Part shown: piece after piece, positions 20,613 through 31,779 of the stretch
Position numbering within the stretch: position 1 is the first letter of the stretch
Layout of the letters: each line of letters opens with the position of its first letter
Origin: Bdellovibrionales bacterium
GTDB lineage: Bacteria > Bdellovibrionota > Bdellovibrionia > Bdellovibrionales > JAUICD01
Length of the DNA: 64,000 nucleotides
Direction: 5' to 3'
Assembly (NCBI GenBank): GCA_965262715.1
Contig: OZ253553.1
Location: 1,152,001 to 1,216,000 of the forward strand
The notes under the pieces: model-generated
Seen by the model: the letters and a program-made list of their open reading frames with translations, nothing else
What the model was told of the DNA's origin: nothing
The model's database searches: none
Program-made: the position numbers and the translations under genes

Positions 20613-22661
20613 ATGAATATAGAAATAGAATTTAATTCTACAATAAGAGAATTAGCTGAAAAAAGTCAAGAGATGGCTGCTAAAGATACTTCTCCTTTGG
20701 TTTGCTTAGTAGCCGGTCCTGGAACAGGAAAATCAAAAGTAATAGAACAAAGAGTTTTGTATTTGTTAAAAAAGGAAGTAAATGCTAATAACATTTTTGC
20801 AGTATCCTATACTCGTGCCTCTGCTAATGATTTAAAAGATCGTGTTTATAATTATTGTAAGGAAAAAAAATACAATAATGTCAATGGTGTAGGTATTTCA
20901 ACTCTCCATTCACTCGCTTTAAAAATACTTAAAATATCTGGTGTTTTTTTAAATTTTCCAGTTGATCCAAAAGTATTGGATGACTGGGAAATAGAAAATA
21001 TTTTTGATCGAGAGTTTTCAGAATTAAGTCAGTATAGTAAACGACATGCAAGCAAGATAAGAAAATATCATGAATCAATTTGGAATATAGAAGATGCAGG
21101 CGACTATTCTACATCTCATAATAATATTTCTATTACTATAACTGAAAAAGAAAAAAGAGTTTTTGAGCAATTTTACCTTTACTGGATATACTTATATGCA
21201 GCAATTTTACCGGGTGAAATTATTCGTTCTTGTGTAAAAAAAATCGAAAATAACCTTTCATGTATTAAATCTTATTTAAATATTTCTCATTTAATTATTG
21301 ATGAGTTTCAAGATTTAAATCCGATGGATTTAAAATTCATAGACCTAATCATTAAATCAGGTATTAATGTTTTTGTTGCTGGAGATGATGATCAAAGTAT
21401 CTATAGTTTTCGACACGCATCACCTATTGGACTACAAAATTTTACTCAAAGACCTTCTGCTGAATTACATATTCTTAAGCACTGTTTCAGGTGTCCTTCT
21501 GTTATTTTAAATTCTGCTGTTGCTTTAATTGAAAGATATGGAGGGCAAAATCGGATAAAAAAGCAATACATTTCAATGTATGACAGTTCTAGTCCTAAGC
21601 TTAATGGAATAGTAAAATTATGGAAATTTAAAGGTTATAAGAAAGAAGCAGAAGGTATAGCGAAGTCATGTAAAAAATTGAAAGAAGCAGGTTTGTCTTA
21701 CGATTCAATTCTTGTATTAGTAGCAAATACTCAAATGCAACTTAAAGCAATTAAAGAAGCTTTTAATGATTATAAAATAAAGTACAACTCCCCTAAAGAG
21801 AAAGATTTTCAAGATACAAAAATTGGCAGAGGTCTACTAAGTTTATTGAGACTTGTTGCAACTAATGAAGCTAGAAAAACAGATAAGAGACAAGATGATT
21901 ATATAGCTTTAAGATATATTGTTAAGAATAAAAAAGGTGTAGGTAAAGAAACATTTAATAAAATTGTTAAAACTATTATCTCAAATCAGCTAAATTTTAG
22001 AAATATTTTTGAAAATAGTTTATCTGATAATAAGTTTGATAGAAAAGAAATCAAAGTTATTTTCGCTATTCGTAAATATTTAAAAAATATAGATAGCTGG
22101 CGAAGTGCTGATACAATTGAAGAAAAACGAAATGATATAAAAAATTTCTTATCTCTAACAAACTTTAAACCAATTGAAGTTCAAGAACTTAATGAATTTT
22201 TAGATAGTTTACCTCAACAAGCAAATTTTCAAGAACTTAAAGCTTATATGGAAGCTGATACTTTGAATAATAAAAAAATAGCTGTTAAACATATTTATGA
22301 AAGGCTTGGAATTCAAGATAATATTGATACACCTCAAACAGAAGCCGTTAAAATTATGACCTTACACGGATGTAAGGGTTTATCTGGAGATGTTGTTTTT
22401 ATACCTGGGTTAGAAAAAGGATTATTACCGAATGACAAACAAGTTAATAATGATAAGATAAAAGAAGGAGCAAGAATGCTTTTTGTTGGAATAACAAGAG
22501 CAAAACGTTGTTGTGTTTTGAGTTACTCCACTAAGCGTTGGATATATACAGAGCTAAAAACTCAAGAGGCTTCTGAATATATTTCACACTTAAATAATCA
22601 ATTCGAAGATGGAGATATATTAAGTAAAATTGAATGTGAGAAAATAATAAGTATAATTTGA
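20613..22661 (+). CDS. UvrD/Rep-family SF1 helicase (GajB-like)
   Basis: AGPGTGKS, IIDEFQD, GDDDQSIYSFR, MTLHGCKGL, FVGITRA. Confidence 0.9.
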   Translation: MNIEIEFNSTIRELAEKSQEMAAKDTSPLVCLVAGPGTGKSKVIEQRVLYLLKKEVNANNIFAVSYTRASANDLKDRVYNYCKEKKYNNVNGVGISTLHSLALKILKISGVFLNFPVDPKVLDDWEIENIFDREFSELSQYSKRHASKIRKYHESIWNIEDAGDYSTSHNNISITITEKEKRVFEQFYLYWIYLYAAILPGEIIRSCVKKIENNLSCIKSYLNISHLIIDEFQDLNPMDLKFIDLIIKSGINVFVAGDDDQSIYSFRHASPIGLQNFTQRPSAELHILKHCFRCPSVILNSAVALIERYGGQNRIKKQYISMYDSSSPKLNGIVKLWKFKGYKKEAEGIAKSCKKLKEAGLSYDSILVLVANTQMQLKAIKEAFNDYKIKYNSPKEKDFQDTKIGRGLLSLLRLVATNEARKTDKRQDDYIALRYIVKNKKGVGKETFNKIVKTIISNQLNFRNIFENSLSDNKFDRKEIKVIFAIRKYLKNIDSWRSADTIEEKRNDIKNFLSLTNFKPIEVQELNEFLDSLPQQANFQELKAYMEADTLNNKKIAVKHIYERLGIQDNIDTPQTEAVKIMTLHGCKGLSGDVVFIPGLEKGLLPNDKQVNNDKIKEGARMLFVGITRAKRCCVLSYSTKRWIYTELKTQEASEYISHLNNQFEDGDILSKIECEKIISII

Positions 22662-22918
22662 AACTTCAGTAACTAAGAAAACTCTGATTTTAGCTCTGTA
22701 ATAAAAATTGTGTAATTACCTATTTAGTAGTATAAGCTTTTTTTGAAAGGTAATAGGTAACTTATGAACATAGAGACAATTGGCAAAGCATAAAATTTAC
22801 TAGTGTCGACCCCCTTTCTTCTTAGTCACTTGCAATTTCAAGATATTTGGATTAAGTGTAATAAAAAGAAGTAATTTACAAACTCCTACTATTATAATCC
22901 TAAGGAAAGGTATTTATT

Positions 22919-23713
22919 ATGGATTTAGGAACAGGGCTCGCTATTTTTGGTTCAAAGGACATTATTGTCAAATTATTAGGTCCAACTGCAGATTACTTAG
23001 GTGGTGAGTTACAATTTTTTATACAAAAGCGGATTCAAAATATTAAACAGATACTTGAAAATGCTTGGGTGAAATTGCAACAACAAGGTAGAGATCAGAT
23101 TAATGGGACTGTATCGCCAAAGGTTTTAAAGGGAATCATTAATGAAGGCTCTTATGCTGAAGATTTTTTAAGTATAGAATACTTTGGAGGTGTATTAGCA
23201 TCATCTAGAACTGATATATCTTATGATGACAGAGGAGCATATTTTAATTCACTTATATCAAGATTGTCTACGTATCAATTAAGAATGCATTATGTATTCT
23301 ATCATATTTTAAAACAAGAATTTCATGGAGAAAACATCAATTTTGGTATTGATACTGAAAGAAATAAGTTGAGATTATTTATACCTTTTTCATCTTGGAT
23401 TAAATCAATGAATTTTACAGGTAAAGAAGTAGATCAAATTGGTACTTATTTCGACCATATAATAAATGGCCTATTAAGAGAACAATTAATTGATACATGG
23501 TTTCACTTTGGAGAAGTAGAATATTTAAAAAAACATTTTGAAAAAGCTTTAGAAAGTGGAGTCATGCTTCAACCAAATAGACTTGGTTTTGAGCTGTTTT
23601 ATTGGGCTTATGGATTAGGTACAGAAAATACAAGAACTTTTTTTCAAAAAGATAAATATTTTAAAATATATGAGGATGTCACTATTGATAATAACTGCAA
23701 ACGAGTAAATTAA
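22919..23713 (+). CDS. Hypothetical protein (possibly Abi-alpha-like)
   Basis: 264 aa with RBS; KLLGPTADYLG N-terminus. Confidence 0.6.
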   Translation: MDLGTGLAIFGSKDIIVKLLGPTADYLGGELQFFIQKRIQNIKQILENAWVKLQQQGRDQINGTVSPKVLKGIINEGSYAEDFLSIEYFGGVLASSRTDISYDDRGAYFNSLISRLSTYQLRMHYVFYHILKQEFHGENINFGIDTERNKLRLFIPFSSWIKSMNFTGKEVDQIGTYFDHIINGLLREQLIDTWFHFGEVEYLKKHFEKALESGVMLQPNRLGFELFYWAYGLGTENTRTFFQKDKYFKIYEDVTIDNNCKRVN

Positions 23714-23961
23714 ATATGGAATTATAGAGGGGACTTTACTGACTTTAATTATCAGTCACTAGAGTAGAAAGACAAAACTTGAAAAATAGAAATGCAATAA
23801 AAGAGTTTAGAAATACAACTACAGGTAATACTAGAAACTTATGGAAAAGGGATAAAAAAATTAATTTAAATAAGTCTATGATAAATTTAGATTCCAATTG
23901 ATAGACTATAATATAAAATCTAAGCAATAAAAATTGAACAAGATTGTGATTAAGGTTTGTT

Positions 23962-25974
23962 ATGGATAATTTCAATGAAAAAGTAAGTTTTATTTGGTCA
24001 GTGGCAGACTTGTTGCGTGGCCCTTACCGTCCAAATCAATATAAGAATGTAATGTTACCTCTTACAGTTTTAAGAAGACTTGATTGTGTCTTAGAACCAA
24101 CAAAAGACAAAGTTCTTGCAAAAGTAAAAACTCTAAAAGGTGGTAAGATTAAAAATCTAGAACCAATTCTCAATACAATTGCAAAGCAAAGTTTTCACAA
24201 CAAAAGCCGATTTACTTTTGAAAAATTAAAAGGCGATCCAAATAACATTGCGGCAAATCTAACAAACTATATAAAAGGTTTTTCTAAAAAAGCATTGCAG
24301 ATTATTGAGCATTTTCAATTTGAAAATCATATAGCTAAGCTTGAAAAAGCAGACCGCTTATTTCTAGTGATTTCTAAATTCTGTGATATTAACCTTCATC
24401 CTAAAAAAGTCAGTAATATTGAAATGGGCTATATATTTGAAGAACTTATTAGAAAATTTAACGAGGCAAGTAATGAAGAAGCGGGATATCATTTTACTCC
24501 TCGTGAAGTTATTCGGCTTATGGTAGATCTTATTTTTCTTCCTGATAAAGACATTCTCACAAAAAAAGGAGTGGTGAAGACTTTGTTTGATCCAGCTTGT
24601 GGTACTGGAGGAATGTTGTCTGTTTCAGAAGAATATGTGAGAGAGCTTAACCCAGATGCTCAACTTGAAGTCTTTGGTCAAGACTACAATGATCAGGCTT
24701 ATGCTGTATGTGGTTCTGATATGATGATTAAAGGTCAAGATATTGAGCACATCAAATTTGGAAATAGCTTTACTGAAGATCATTTTTTAGGAAAACAGTT
24801 TGATTATATGCTTGCCAATCCACCTTTTGGAGTAGAATGGAAACCTGAAGCTAATTTTATAAAAAAAGAATATAAAGAGCAAGGCTTTGGAGGTCGGTTT
24901 GGTGCTGGCCTTCCTCGTATTAATGATGGCTCATTATTGTTCTTACAGCATAAAATTAGTAAAATGAAATCTATCAAAGAGGGAGGCACCCGGCTAGCTA
25001 TTGTATTTAATGGATCTCCTTTATTTACAGGCAGTGCTGGTTCTGGTGAAAGTGAAATACGTTGTTGGATTATTGAAAATGACTGGTTAGAAGCCATTGT
25101 TGCGTTGCCAGATCAGCTTTTTTACAATACTGGCATTCATACCTATCTTTGGATACTTACTAATCGTAAGGAAAAGAATAGAAAGGGTAAAATTCAACTT
25201 GTTAATGCCACAAGTTTTTTTCAAAAAATGCATAAATCTTTAGGCAATAAGCGTAATGAAATTAGTGATGAATATAGAGATGAAATAACACGTATTTATG
25301 GAAAATTTACTGAAAGTGAGTATGTACGTATTTTTGATAATAAAAATTTTGGTTATCATAAGGTTACAGTTGAACGTCCTCTTAAGCTCAATTTTGCTGT
25401 CAATGATGAACGTCTTGAAAAATTGAAACAGACAGAGAAATTTAAAAAATTGGCAATTAGCAAAAAACGTAAAAATATTCAAATAGCCTCAATTGAGATT
25501 GAGAAAGGAAAAACCCTTCAAAAATCAATTTTATCTGCTCTTATTTCTTTATCTTCAAAAGATCTTATTAAGAATAGAAAACAATTCACCAAATTGATGA
25601 AATCATGTTTTCAAAAAGCTGGATTTAATCTTCAGACAAATCTTTTTAAAGCTATTCTTATGACATTAAGTGAGCGAGATGACACAGCAGATATTTGTAG
25701 AAATTTAAAAGGAGAGCCTGAATCAGATACTGAACTTAGAGATTATGAAAATGTGCCTTTAAAAGAAGATGTTCAAACTTACATGAAAAAAGAAGTTTTA
25801 CCTCATGTTCCTGATGCTTGGATCGATAAATCTAAAACTAAGGTAGGTTATGAAATCAATTTCAATCGGTATTTTTATAAATATGTTCCACCTCGTCCAT
25901 TAGAAGAGATTGAAAAAGACTTAAGAGGAGTTGAAAATGAAATTGCTTTTTTGTTGAAGAATGTGATAAAGTAA
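23962..25974 (+). CDS. hsdM: Type I restriction-modification methyltransferase
   Basis: IWSVADLLRG, HFTPREV, DPACGTGG, ANPPF. Confidence 0.95.
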   Translation: MDNFNEKVSFIWSVADLLRGPYRPNQYKNVMLPLTVLRRLDCVLEPTKDKVLAKVKTLKGGKIKNLEPILNTIAKQSFHNKSRFTFEKLKGDPNNIAANLTNYIKGFSKKALQIIEHFQFENHIAKLEKADRLFLVISKFCDINLHPKKVSNIEMGYIFEELIRKFNEASNEEAGYHFTPREVIRLMVDLIFLPDKDILTKKGVVKTLFDPACGTGGMLSVSEEYVRELNPDAQLEVFGQDYNDQAYAVCGSDMMIKGQDIEHIKFGNSFTEDHFLGKQFDYMLANPPFGVEWKPEANFIKKEYKEQGFGGRFGAGLPRINDGSLLFLQHKISKMKSIKEGGTRLAIVFNGSPLFTGSAGSGESEIRCWIIENDWLEAIVALPDQLFYNTGIHTYLWILTNRKEKNRKGKIQLVNATSFFQKMHKSLGNKRNEISDEYRDEITRIYGKFTESEYVRIFDNKNFGYHKVTVERPLKLNFAVNDERLEKLKQTEKFKKLAISKKRKNIQIASIEIEKGKTLQKSILSALISLSSKDLIKNRKQFTKLMKSCFQKAGFNLQTNLFKAILMTLSERDDTADICRNLKGEPESDTELRDYENVPLKEDVQTYMKKEVLPHVPDAWIDKSKTKVGYEINFNRYFYKYVPPRPLEEIEKDLRGVENEIAFLLKNVIK

Positions 25975-26018
25975 ATAAAAAAACTTATCATATTTTATTA
26001 TGAATGGATCAATAAGTT

Positions 26019-26486
26019 ATGAAGTTCAACACATCTTTTTTACTTATTTTAATTTCGATTACAATTGCTATAATGTTTATATATATTGGATCAAATCGTC
26101 AATTGACTACATTGGAAAATGTATTATTTCAGTTGATTATATTATCTATTGGCTTAATAGGATCATTTCTTTTTGGAAGAGTTAAGTCTAAAGAAATTGA
26201 TAAACCACGTCTAAGATCCGCTTTTCGTAGACTTATTTCTCTTTATCGAAGTCTTTCTCGTATGGCTTTTATTGTTAGTGAAAATCAAGAACGAGGAGGA
26301 CAAGAAGACAAAACAACACTTTTAAAAATTGAATCAATAATTACAGAACAAATATTTGCTGTCGATGATGCAATGTTAGATTGGTATGATATAACACCAG
26401 AAGAAGTTAAAGATTTATATAAGTCTAAAAATTTATTTTTTGATGATACTTTAAGACAAACCAAGAGGGAGTCAGATAGTGAATGA
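26019..26486 (+). CDS. Hypothetical membrane protein
   Basis: Two N-terminal hydrophobic helices. Confidence 0.7.
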   Translation: MKFNTSFLLILISITIAIMFIYIGSNRQLTTLENVLFQLIILSIGLIGSFLFGRVKSKEIDKPRLRSAFRRLISLYRSLSRMAFIVSENQERGGQEDKTTLLKIESIITEQIFAVDDAMLDWYDITPEEVKDLYKSKNLFFDDTLRQTKRESDSE

Positions 26487-26919
26487 CCTTATTCGAGGCA
26501 AGGTTGCTAAAATTCTGAACTCTCGTGAGGTGGCTATAAATATTGGTTCTCATCACGGAGTGAGAGAAGGAATGTTATTTGATATTCTTGACCTTAGTGG
26601 CAAAAATATCATAGACCCTGACACAGAAGAAAACTTAGGTTCAATTGAAAGGCCAAAAGTGAGAGTTCAAGTCAAACATATAAGAGATAATTTTTCTATT
26701 GCCTCAACATTTAAAAAAAATGAGATAAATATTGGAGGTAAAGGAGGTGGCTTTGCCTTGTTATCTAAAGCATTTCTTCCACCAAAATGGGTTACCAAGT
26801 ATGAAACATTAAAAACAGCAGATCAAACATGGGAATCTATTACAGAGGATCAGAGCTATATTAAGATTGGAGACCCCATAATTCAAGTTTTTGAAGACAA
26901 TAAAGAAAAGGTTAAGTGA
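26479..26919 (+). CDS. Hypothetical protein, FlgT C-terminal-like beta domain
   Basis: INIGSHHGVREG..F.I....IIDPDTEENLG pattern. Confidence 0.6.
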   Translation: MNDLIRGKVAKILNSREVAINIGSHHGVREGMLFDILDLSGKNIIDPDTEENLGSIERPKVRVQVKHIRDNFSIASTFKKNEINIGGKGGGFALLSKAFLPPKWVTKYETLKTADQTWESITEDQSYIKIGDPIIQVFEDNKEKVK

Positions 26920-28339
26920 GTTAATAATGATAATTTTGAAACCTTACATAGAATACAAAGATTCTGGTATAAAATGGATTGGCAATATTCCTAGTCACTG
27001 GGAGACAAATAAGTTAAAATTTTTACTATCTGAACCGTTAAAATATGGAGCAAATGAGCCTGCTGAATACGATGAACTTTCTTGGCCAAGATATATTAGA
27101 ATTACTGACATAGATGAAAAAGGTTTATTAAAAAAAAAGACTTTTAAATCCATCTCTGAAGACATTGCCTATCCTTATCTTTTAAAAGATGGAGATATAT
27201 TATTTGCACGTAGTGGTGCTACTGTAGGTAAAACTTTTTTTTATTTAAAATCATTTGGCAAATCTGCTTATGCAGGATATTTGATACGTGCAAGATTTAA
27301 AAATAAAAAAGTTTTTTCAAAATTTATTTATTACTTTTCTCGTTCTAATATCTATTGGGAATGGATTAAAAGTAATTTTATACAAGCTACTATTCAAAAT
27401 ATTAGTGCTGAAAAATATTCTAATTTATTACTTCCTCTACCTTTATCTCTTAAAGAGCAACAAGCTATTGCAAGTTATCTTGATGATAGGACAAAACAGA
27501 TTGATTCTCTTATTGAGAAGAAACAACAACAGATCAAATTACTTCAAGAAAAAAGATCAGCCCTTATTACCCATAAAGTGACCAAAGGACTTGACCCTAA
27601 AGTTAAAATGAAAGATTCTTATGTGAAGTGGCTAGGAAAAATCCCAGCACATTGGACAGCTAAAAAGCTAAAGTATTTAGCAATAGTTAATTCTAGCAAT
27701 GTTGATAAAAAAACAAAAGAACATGAAAAAGATATTTTATTATGCAATTATGTTGATGTTTATAAAAATGATTATATTGACAATGGGATTAACTTTATGA
27801 AAGCTACTGCATCAGATACTCAGATAAAAAAATTTCGACTTCAAAAAAATGATGTTATTATCACAAAAGATTCAGAATCTCCAAATGACATTGGAGTACC
27901 TGCCTTTGTCTTAAAGGATTTTGAAGATATTGTTTGCGGATATCATCTAGCTCAAATAAAACCTAAAACTATAATAGGTTCTTTTTTGTTTAGATGCTTT
28001 CAAACTAAGTGGCTTCAAGCATACTTTGAAATATCTGCCAAAGGTATTACTCGCTATGGATTAAGTGTTAGCGACATCAATTCTTCTATAATACCTATTC
28101 CTACAATAATAGACGAGCAAAAAATAATTGCTAATTTTCTTGATAAAGAAACTTCTAAAATCGATACTTTAATTTTAAAAATTAAACAATCCATACAACT
28201 TTTAAAAGAATACCGACCTGCTCTTATTACTGCTGCTGTTACAGGTAAAATAAATGTTCAGAAAAATACAGAAGTTATAAAAACCTCTAGTAAAAAAAAT
28301 AGAAAAATAAAAGAAAACTATAATGACGACACAGTATAA
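26891..28339 (+). CDS. hsdS: Type I restriction-modification specificity subunit
   Basis: Two TRDs, repeated KDS..W.G.IP.HW, EQ..IA..LD, ALIT..VT. Confidence 0.95.
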   Translation: MKTIKKRLSELIMIILKPYIEYKDSGIKWIGNIPSHWETNKLKFLLSEPLKYGANEPAEYDELSWPRYIRITDIDEKGLLKKKTFKSISEDIAYPYLLKDGDILFARSGATVGKTFFYLKSFGKSAYAGYLIRARFKNKKVFSKFIYYFSRSNIYWEWIKSNFIQATIQNISAEKYSNLLLPLPLSLKEQQAIASYLDDRTKQIDSLIEKKQQQIKLLQEKRSALITHKVTKGLDPKVKMKDSYVKWLGKIPAHWTAKKLKYLAIVNSSNVDKKTKEHEKDILLCNYVDVYKNDYIDNGINFMKATASDTQIKKFRLQKNDVIITKDSESPNDIGVPAFVLKDFEDIVCGYHLAQIKPKTIIGSFLFRCFQTKWLQAYFEISAKGITRYGLSVSDINSSIIPIPTIIDEQKIIANFLDKETSKIDTLILKIKQSIQLLKEYRPALITAAVTGKINVQKNTEVIKTSSKKNRKIKENYNDDTV

Positions 28340-31328
28340 AGAAATTGCTTTTGAAAATGTTATTGAACAGCATCTTTTAGAAAAAGGGGGCTATACCAAA
28401 GGTGATCCTAAAACCTTTAATCGTTTAAAAGGACTTGATCCAAGTGTTCTATTTGCTTTTCTAAAAGAAACTCAAGCGGAGCAATTGGCCTACATTCAAA
28501 ACCTTCAAAAGGATAAAACAGAAGATATTATTATTGAATCTTTATGTCAGGCTCTAGATTCAAAGTATGAAGGATGTCTTAAAGTTTTAAGACATGGGTT
28601 TAAATGTTTTGGAAAGCTTTTTAAAGTTGCTTATTTTGCTCCAGCCAGTGGTTTAAATCCAGATATTCAAAAACTTTATGAAAAAAACCAATTAACAGTG
28701 ACAAGACAACTTCAGTATAGCAACAGACATAAAAACTCTCTTGATATGGTCTTAAGCTTAAATGGATTACCAATTGTTACATTAGAGCTTAAAAATCCAA
28801 TAACAGGTCAAACATGGCGAAATGCCATTCATCAGTACAAACAAGATAGAGATTCAAATGAGTTGATTTTTCAATTTAAAAAGAGAACATTAGTTCACTT
28901 TGCTGTGGATACGGATGAAGTCTATATGACAACCAGACTCAATGGAGATAGAACCTTTTTTCTGCCATTTAATTTAGGGAATAATCAAGGAGCAGGAAAC
29001 CCTGAAAATTCAAAAGGCTATAAAACTTCTTACTTATGGGAGGAAATTCTTAATAGAGAAAGCTTATTAGATATACTTGCTAGATTTATCCATCTTGAAG
29101 TAGAGGAGAAAAAATTTCAGAATAGAAAAAATACAGAGGAAACGATGATATTTCCTAGATATCATCAACTTAACTGTGTAAGAAAGCTTATCGATGATGT
29201 ACAAGAAAAGAAAACAGGAACAAACTATCTCATTCAACATTCTGCTGGAAGTGGAAAAAGCAACTCCATTGCATGGTTAGCTCATCGTTTGTCAACTCTC
29301 TATGATAATGCTGATGAAAAAATATTTGATTCTGTAATTGTTATCACTGATCGTTTAGTTTTAGATCAACAACTTCAAAATACAATATATCAATTTGAGC
29401 ATAAACAAGGTGTTGTTAAAAAAGTTGATGAAGATTCAACACAGCTGGCTAAAGCTATTACTTCTTGTGACCCTATTATCATCACAACACTTCAAAAGTT
29501 TCCTTATGCTACAGAGAAAATGGAATATCTATCAAGCAAGAAGTATGCTGTCATTATTGATGAAGCTCATAGTTCACAAGGAGGTGAGTCAGCTACAAGC
29601 CTAAAAGGCCTTTTGTCAGGAACAGTTATAAAAGAGGAAGCAGAAAAACAAGCCAGAGAAGAAGGGCTTCTAGATTATGAGGAAGAAATTATACGTTCTA
29701 TGAAAAAAAGAGGTCAGCAAAAAAATATCAGTTTTTTTGCATTTACTGCAACACCTAAATATAAAACGTTAGAAATTTTTGGCAAATATGGAGAAGATGG
29801 AACTCCTAAATCATTTCATCTATATAGCATGAAGCAAGCTATTGAAGAAGGTTTTATTTTAGATGTTTTGCAATATTATACAACTTATAAGACGTATTAT
29901 CGACTTATTAAATCGATAGAAGATGACCCAGAGGTTGATAAAAGGCGAGCTGCTCGCAGTCTTGCTCGTTTTATGAGTTTACATCCACATAATATCTCTC
30001 AGAAGACAGAAATTATAGTAGAACACTTTATACATTTTACTCGTCATAAAATAGGAGGTAAAGCTAAGGCCATAGTGGTCACTTCCAGCCGTTTACATGC
30101 TGTTCGATATAAGAAGTCTTTTGATGAGTATATCAAAGATAAAAAATATCGAGGAATTAAAACTTTAGTTGCTTTCTCTGGTAGAGTTCCTGATCCTGAT
30201 ATCAAAGAAATTGAATACACTGAAGTCAGTATGAATAAAGGGATTAAAGAAAAAGAACTTCCTGGAAAGTTTGCCACTAATGAATATCAAGTTCTTCTTG
30301 TTGCAGAAAAATATCAAACAGGTTTTGATCAACCTCTCCTACATACAATGTATGTTGATAAAAAGCTCTCTGGAATTCAAGCAGTGCAAACGTTAAGCCG
30401 TTTAAATAGAACTTCTATAGGTAAGGAAGATACATTTGTACTTGATTTTGTAAATAGGCCAGAAGACATTCAGGAAGCATTTCAGCCTTACTATGAAAAA
30501 ACTCTTATCGAGGAAAGAGTCGAGGTAAAACATCTTTATGAGTTGCAATCAAGATTAGATGTTCAGCAAGTTTACTATAGAACCGAAGTGGATGAATTTT
30601 GTAGGATTTTTTATAAACCAAAGAAAAATCAAACATCCTCTGATCATGAAAGAATAAATGTTTGTATTGATCCTGCTGTTATGCGTTTTAATAAATTAGA
30701 TCAAGAAAAACAAGATGAGTTTAGAAAGTTACTTTTGTCTTTTCTTGATAATTATGCCTTTCTATCGCAAATTATCCCATTTCAAGACTCAGATCTTGAA
30801 AAGCGTTATTCTTATATACGTTTTTTACTTAAAAAATTACCTAAAAGAGAATCCGGACCAAATTATTATTTTGATAATGATATTGCACTTAAATATTATA
30901 GACTGCAAAAAATCAGCGAAGGTTCGATTCATCTTGAAGATGGAAAAGGAAGTAAGGTTTCTGGTCATGTTTCTGTGGGAGCAAGCTCTTCAAATGATGA
31001 AAAAATAGAGTTATCACAATTGATAGACATTCTTAATGAACAGTTTGGCACACAGTTTACTCAAGCAGATCAGTTATTCATAGACTCTATAGGAGAGGAA
31101 GCTGTCTCTGACCCAAAGTTAAGACAAGCAGCAAAAGCGAACTCTATGGAAAACTTTGGTTATGTTTTCCGAAAAGCTTTGGAAAAACTATTTATTGATC
31201 GCATGGAACAAAACGAAGATATTACAGCTAAGTTTATGAACGAAAAAGAATTTAAAAAAGTTATAGGAAAAGCTTTACTTGAGAGAGTTTATAAACAAAT
31301 TCACAGTGAGGATACAGACAATAATTAA
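28323..31328 (+). CDS. hsdR: Type I restriction endonuclease subunit
   Basis: ELKN, HSAGSGKS, IDEAH, FTATP, QTGFDQP. Confidence 0.95.
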   Translation: MTTQYKEIAFENVIEQHLLEKGGYTKGDPKTFNRLKGLDPSVLFAFLKETQAEQLAYIQNLQKDKTEDIIIESLCQALDSKYEGCLKVLRHGFKCFGKLFKVAYFAPASGLNPDIQKLYEKNQLTVTRQLQYSNRHKNSLDMVLSLNGLPIVTLELKNPITGQTWRNAIHQYKQDRDSNELIFQFKKRTLVHFAVDTDEVYMTTRLNGDRTFFLPFNLGNNQGAGNPENSKGYKTSYLWEEILNRESLLDILARFIHLEVEEKKFQNRKNTEETMIFPRYHQLNCVRKLIDDVQEKKTGTNYLIQHSAGSGKSNSIAWLAHRLSTLYDNADEKIFDSVIVITDRLVLDQQLQNTIYQFEHKQGVVKKVDEDSTQLAKAITSCDPIIITTLQKFPYATEKMEYLSSKKYAVIIDEAHSSQGGESATSLKGLLSGTVIKEEAEKQAREEGLLDYEEEIIRSMKKRGQQKNISFFAFTATPKYKTLEIFGKYGEDGTPKSFHLYSMKQAIEEGFILDVLQYYTTYKTYYRLIKSIEDDPEVDKRRAARSLARFMSLHPHNISQKTEIIVEHFIHFTRHKIGGKAKAIVVTSSRLHAVRYKKSFDEYIKDKKYRGIKTLVAFSGRVPDPDIKEIEYTEVSMNKGIKEKELPGKFATNEYQVLLVAEKYQTGFDQPLLHTMYVDKKLSGIQAVQTLSRLNRTSIGKEDTFVLDFVNRPEDIQEAFQPYYEKTLIEERVEVKHLYELQSRLDVQQVYYRTEVDEFCRIFYKPKKNQTSSDHERINVCIDPAVMRFNKLDQEKQDEFRKLLLSFLDNYAFLSQIIPFQDSDLEKRYSYIRFLLKKLPKRESGPNYYFDNDIALKYYRLQKISEGSIHLEDGKGSKVSGHVSVGASSSNDEKIELSQLIDILNEQFGTQFTQADQLFIDSIGEEAVSDPKLRQAAKANSMENFGYVFRKALEKLFIDRMEQNEDITAKFMNEKEFKKVIGKALLERVYKQIHSEDTDNN

Positions 31329-31715
31329 AAAATATAGATTTTCCTTTAAAATTCATTCATACTGTTAAACTTTTCTTTAAATAACAAAGCCTTTGAGAAC
31401 AAATCTTTTATTAAATAACTTTGTCAAAAATATCCATTGTAGATTCTTCAACAATTCCTTTAAGAAAATGGTAACCAGAAGATTCTTGTTTTGCATTAAA
31501 ATGACTTGTTGCCACATAGAGGTTTTTAAAGCCTTTTTGATACTTTCTTTTAATTAAAAGTTTGGCTTTTCCAAACTCATAATCAACCAATATAGGTATG
31601 TTTGTATCGATTGAGAGCTTATCAAATTCTCTCTCACTAGAAACACACAAGCAATTTTTACCTTAGTTAAATTATTTTTATATTTTTTATAATTACTTTT
31701 TTTGTTTATAGAAAG

Positions 31716-31744
31716 CCCTTTGCAGGTGTAGTGTCCCTGCAAAG
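31716..31744 (-). terminator. Probable intrinsic terminator after pilin 2
   Basis: TTTGCAGG...CCTGCAAA hairpin downstream of the stop. Confidence 0.5.
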
Positions 31745-31779
31745 AGCTGGAGATAAAAAATTATCAAATTATATAACTA

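Noticed and set aside
31411..31742. Short ORFs resembling a receiver-domain fragment
   Set aside because: No clear start or complete motif set
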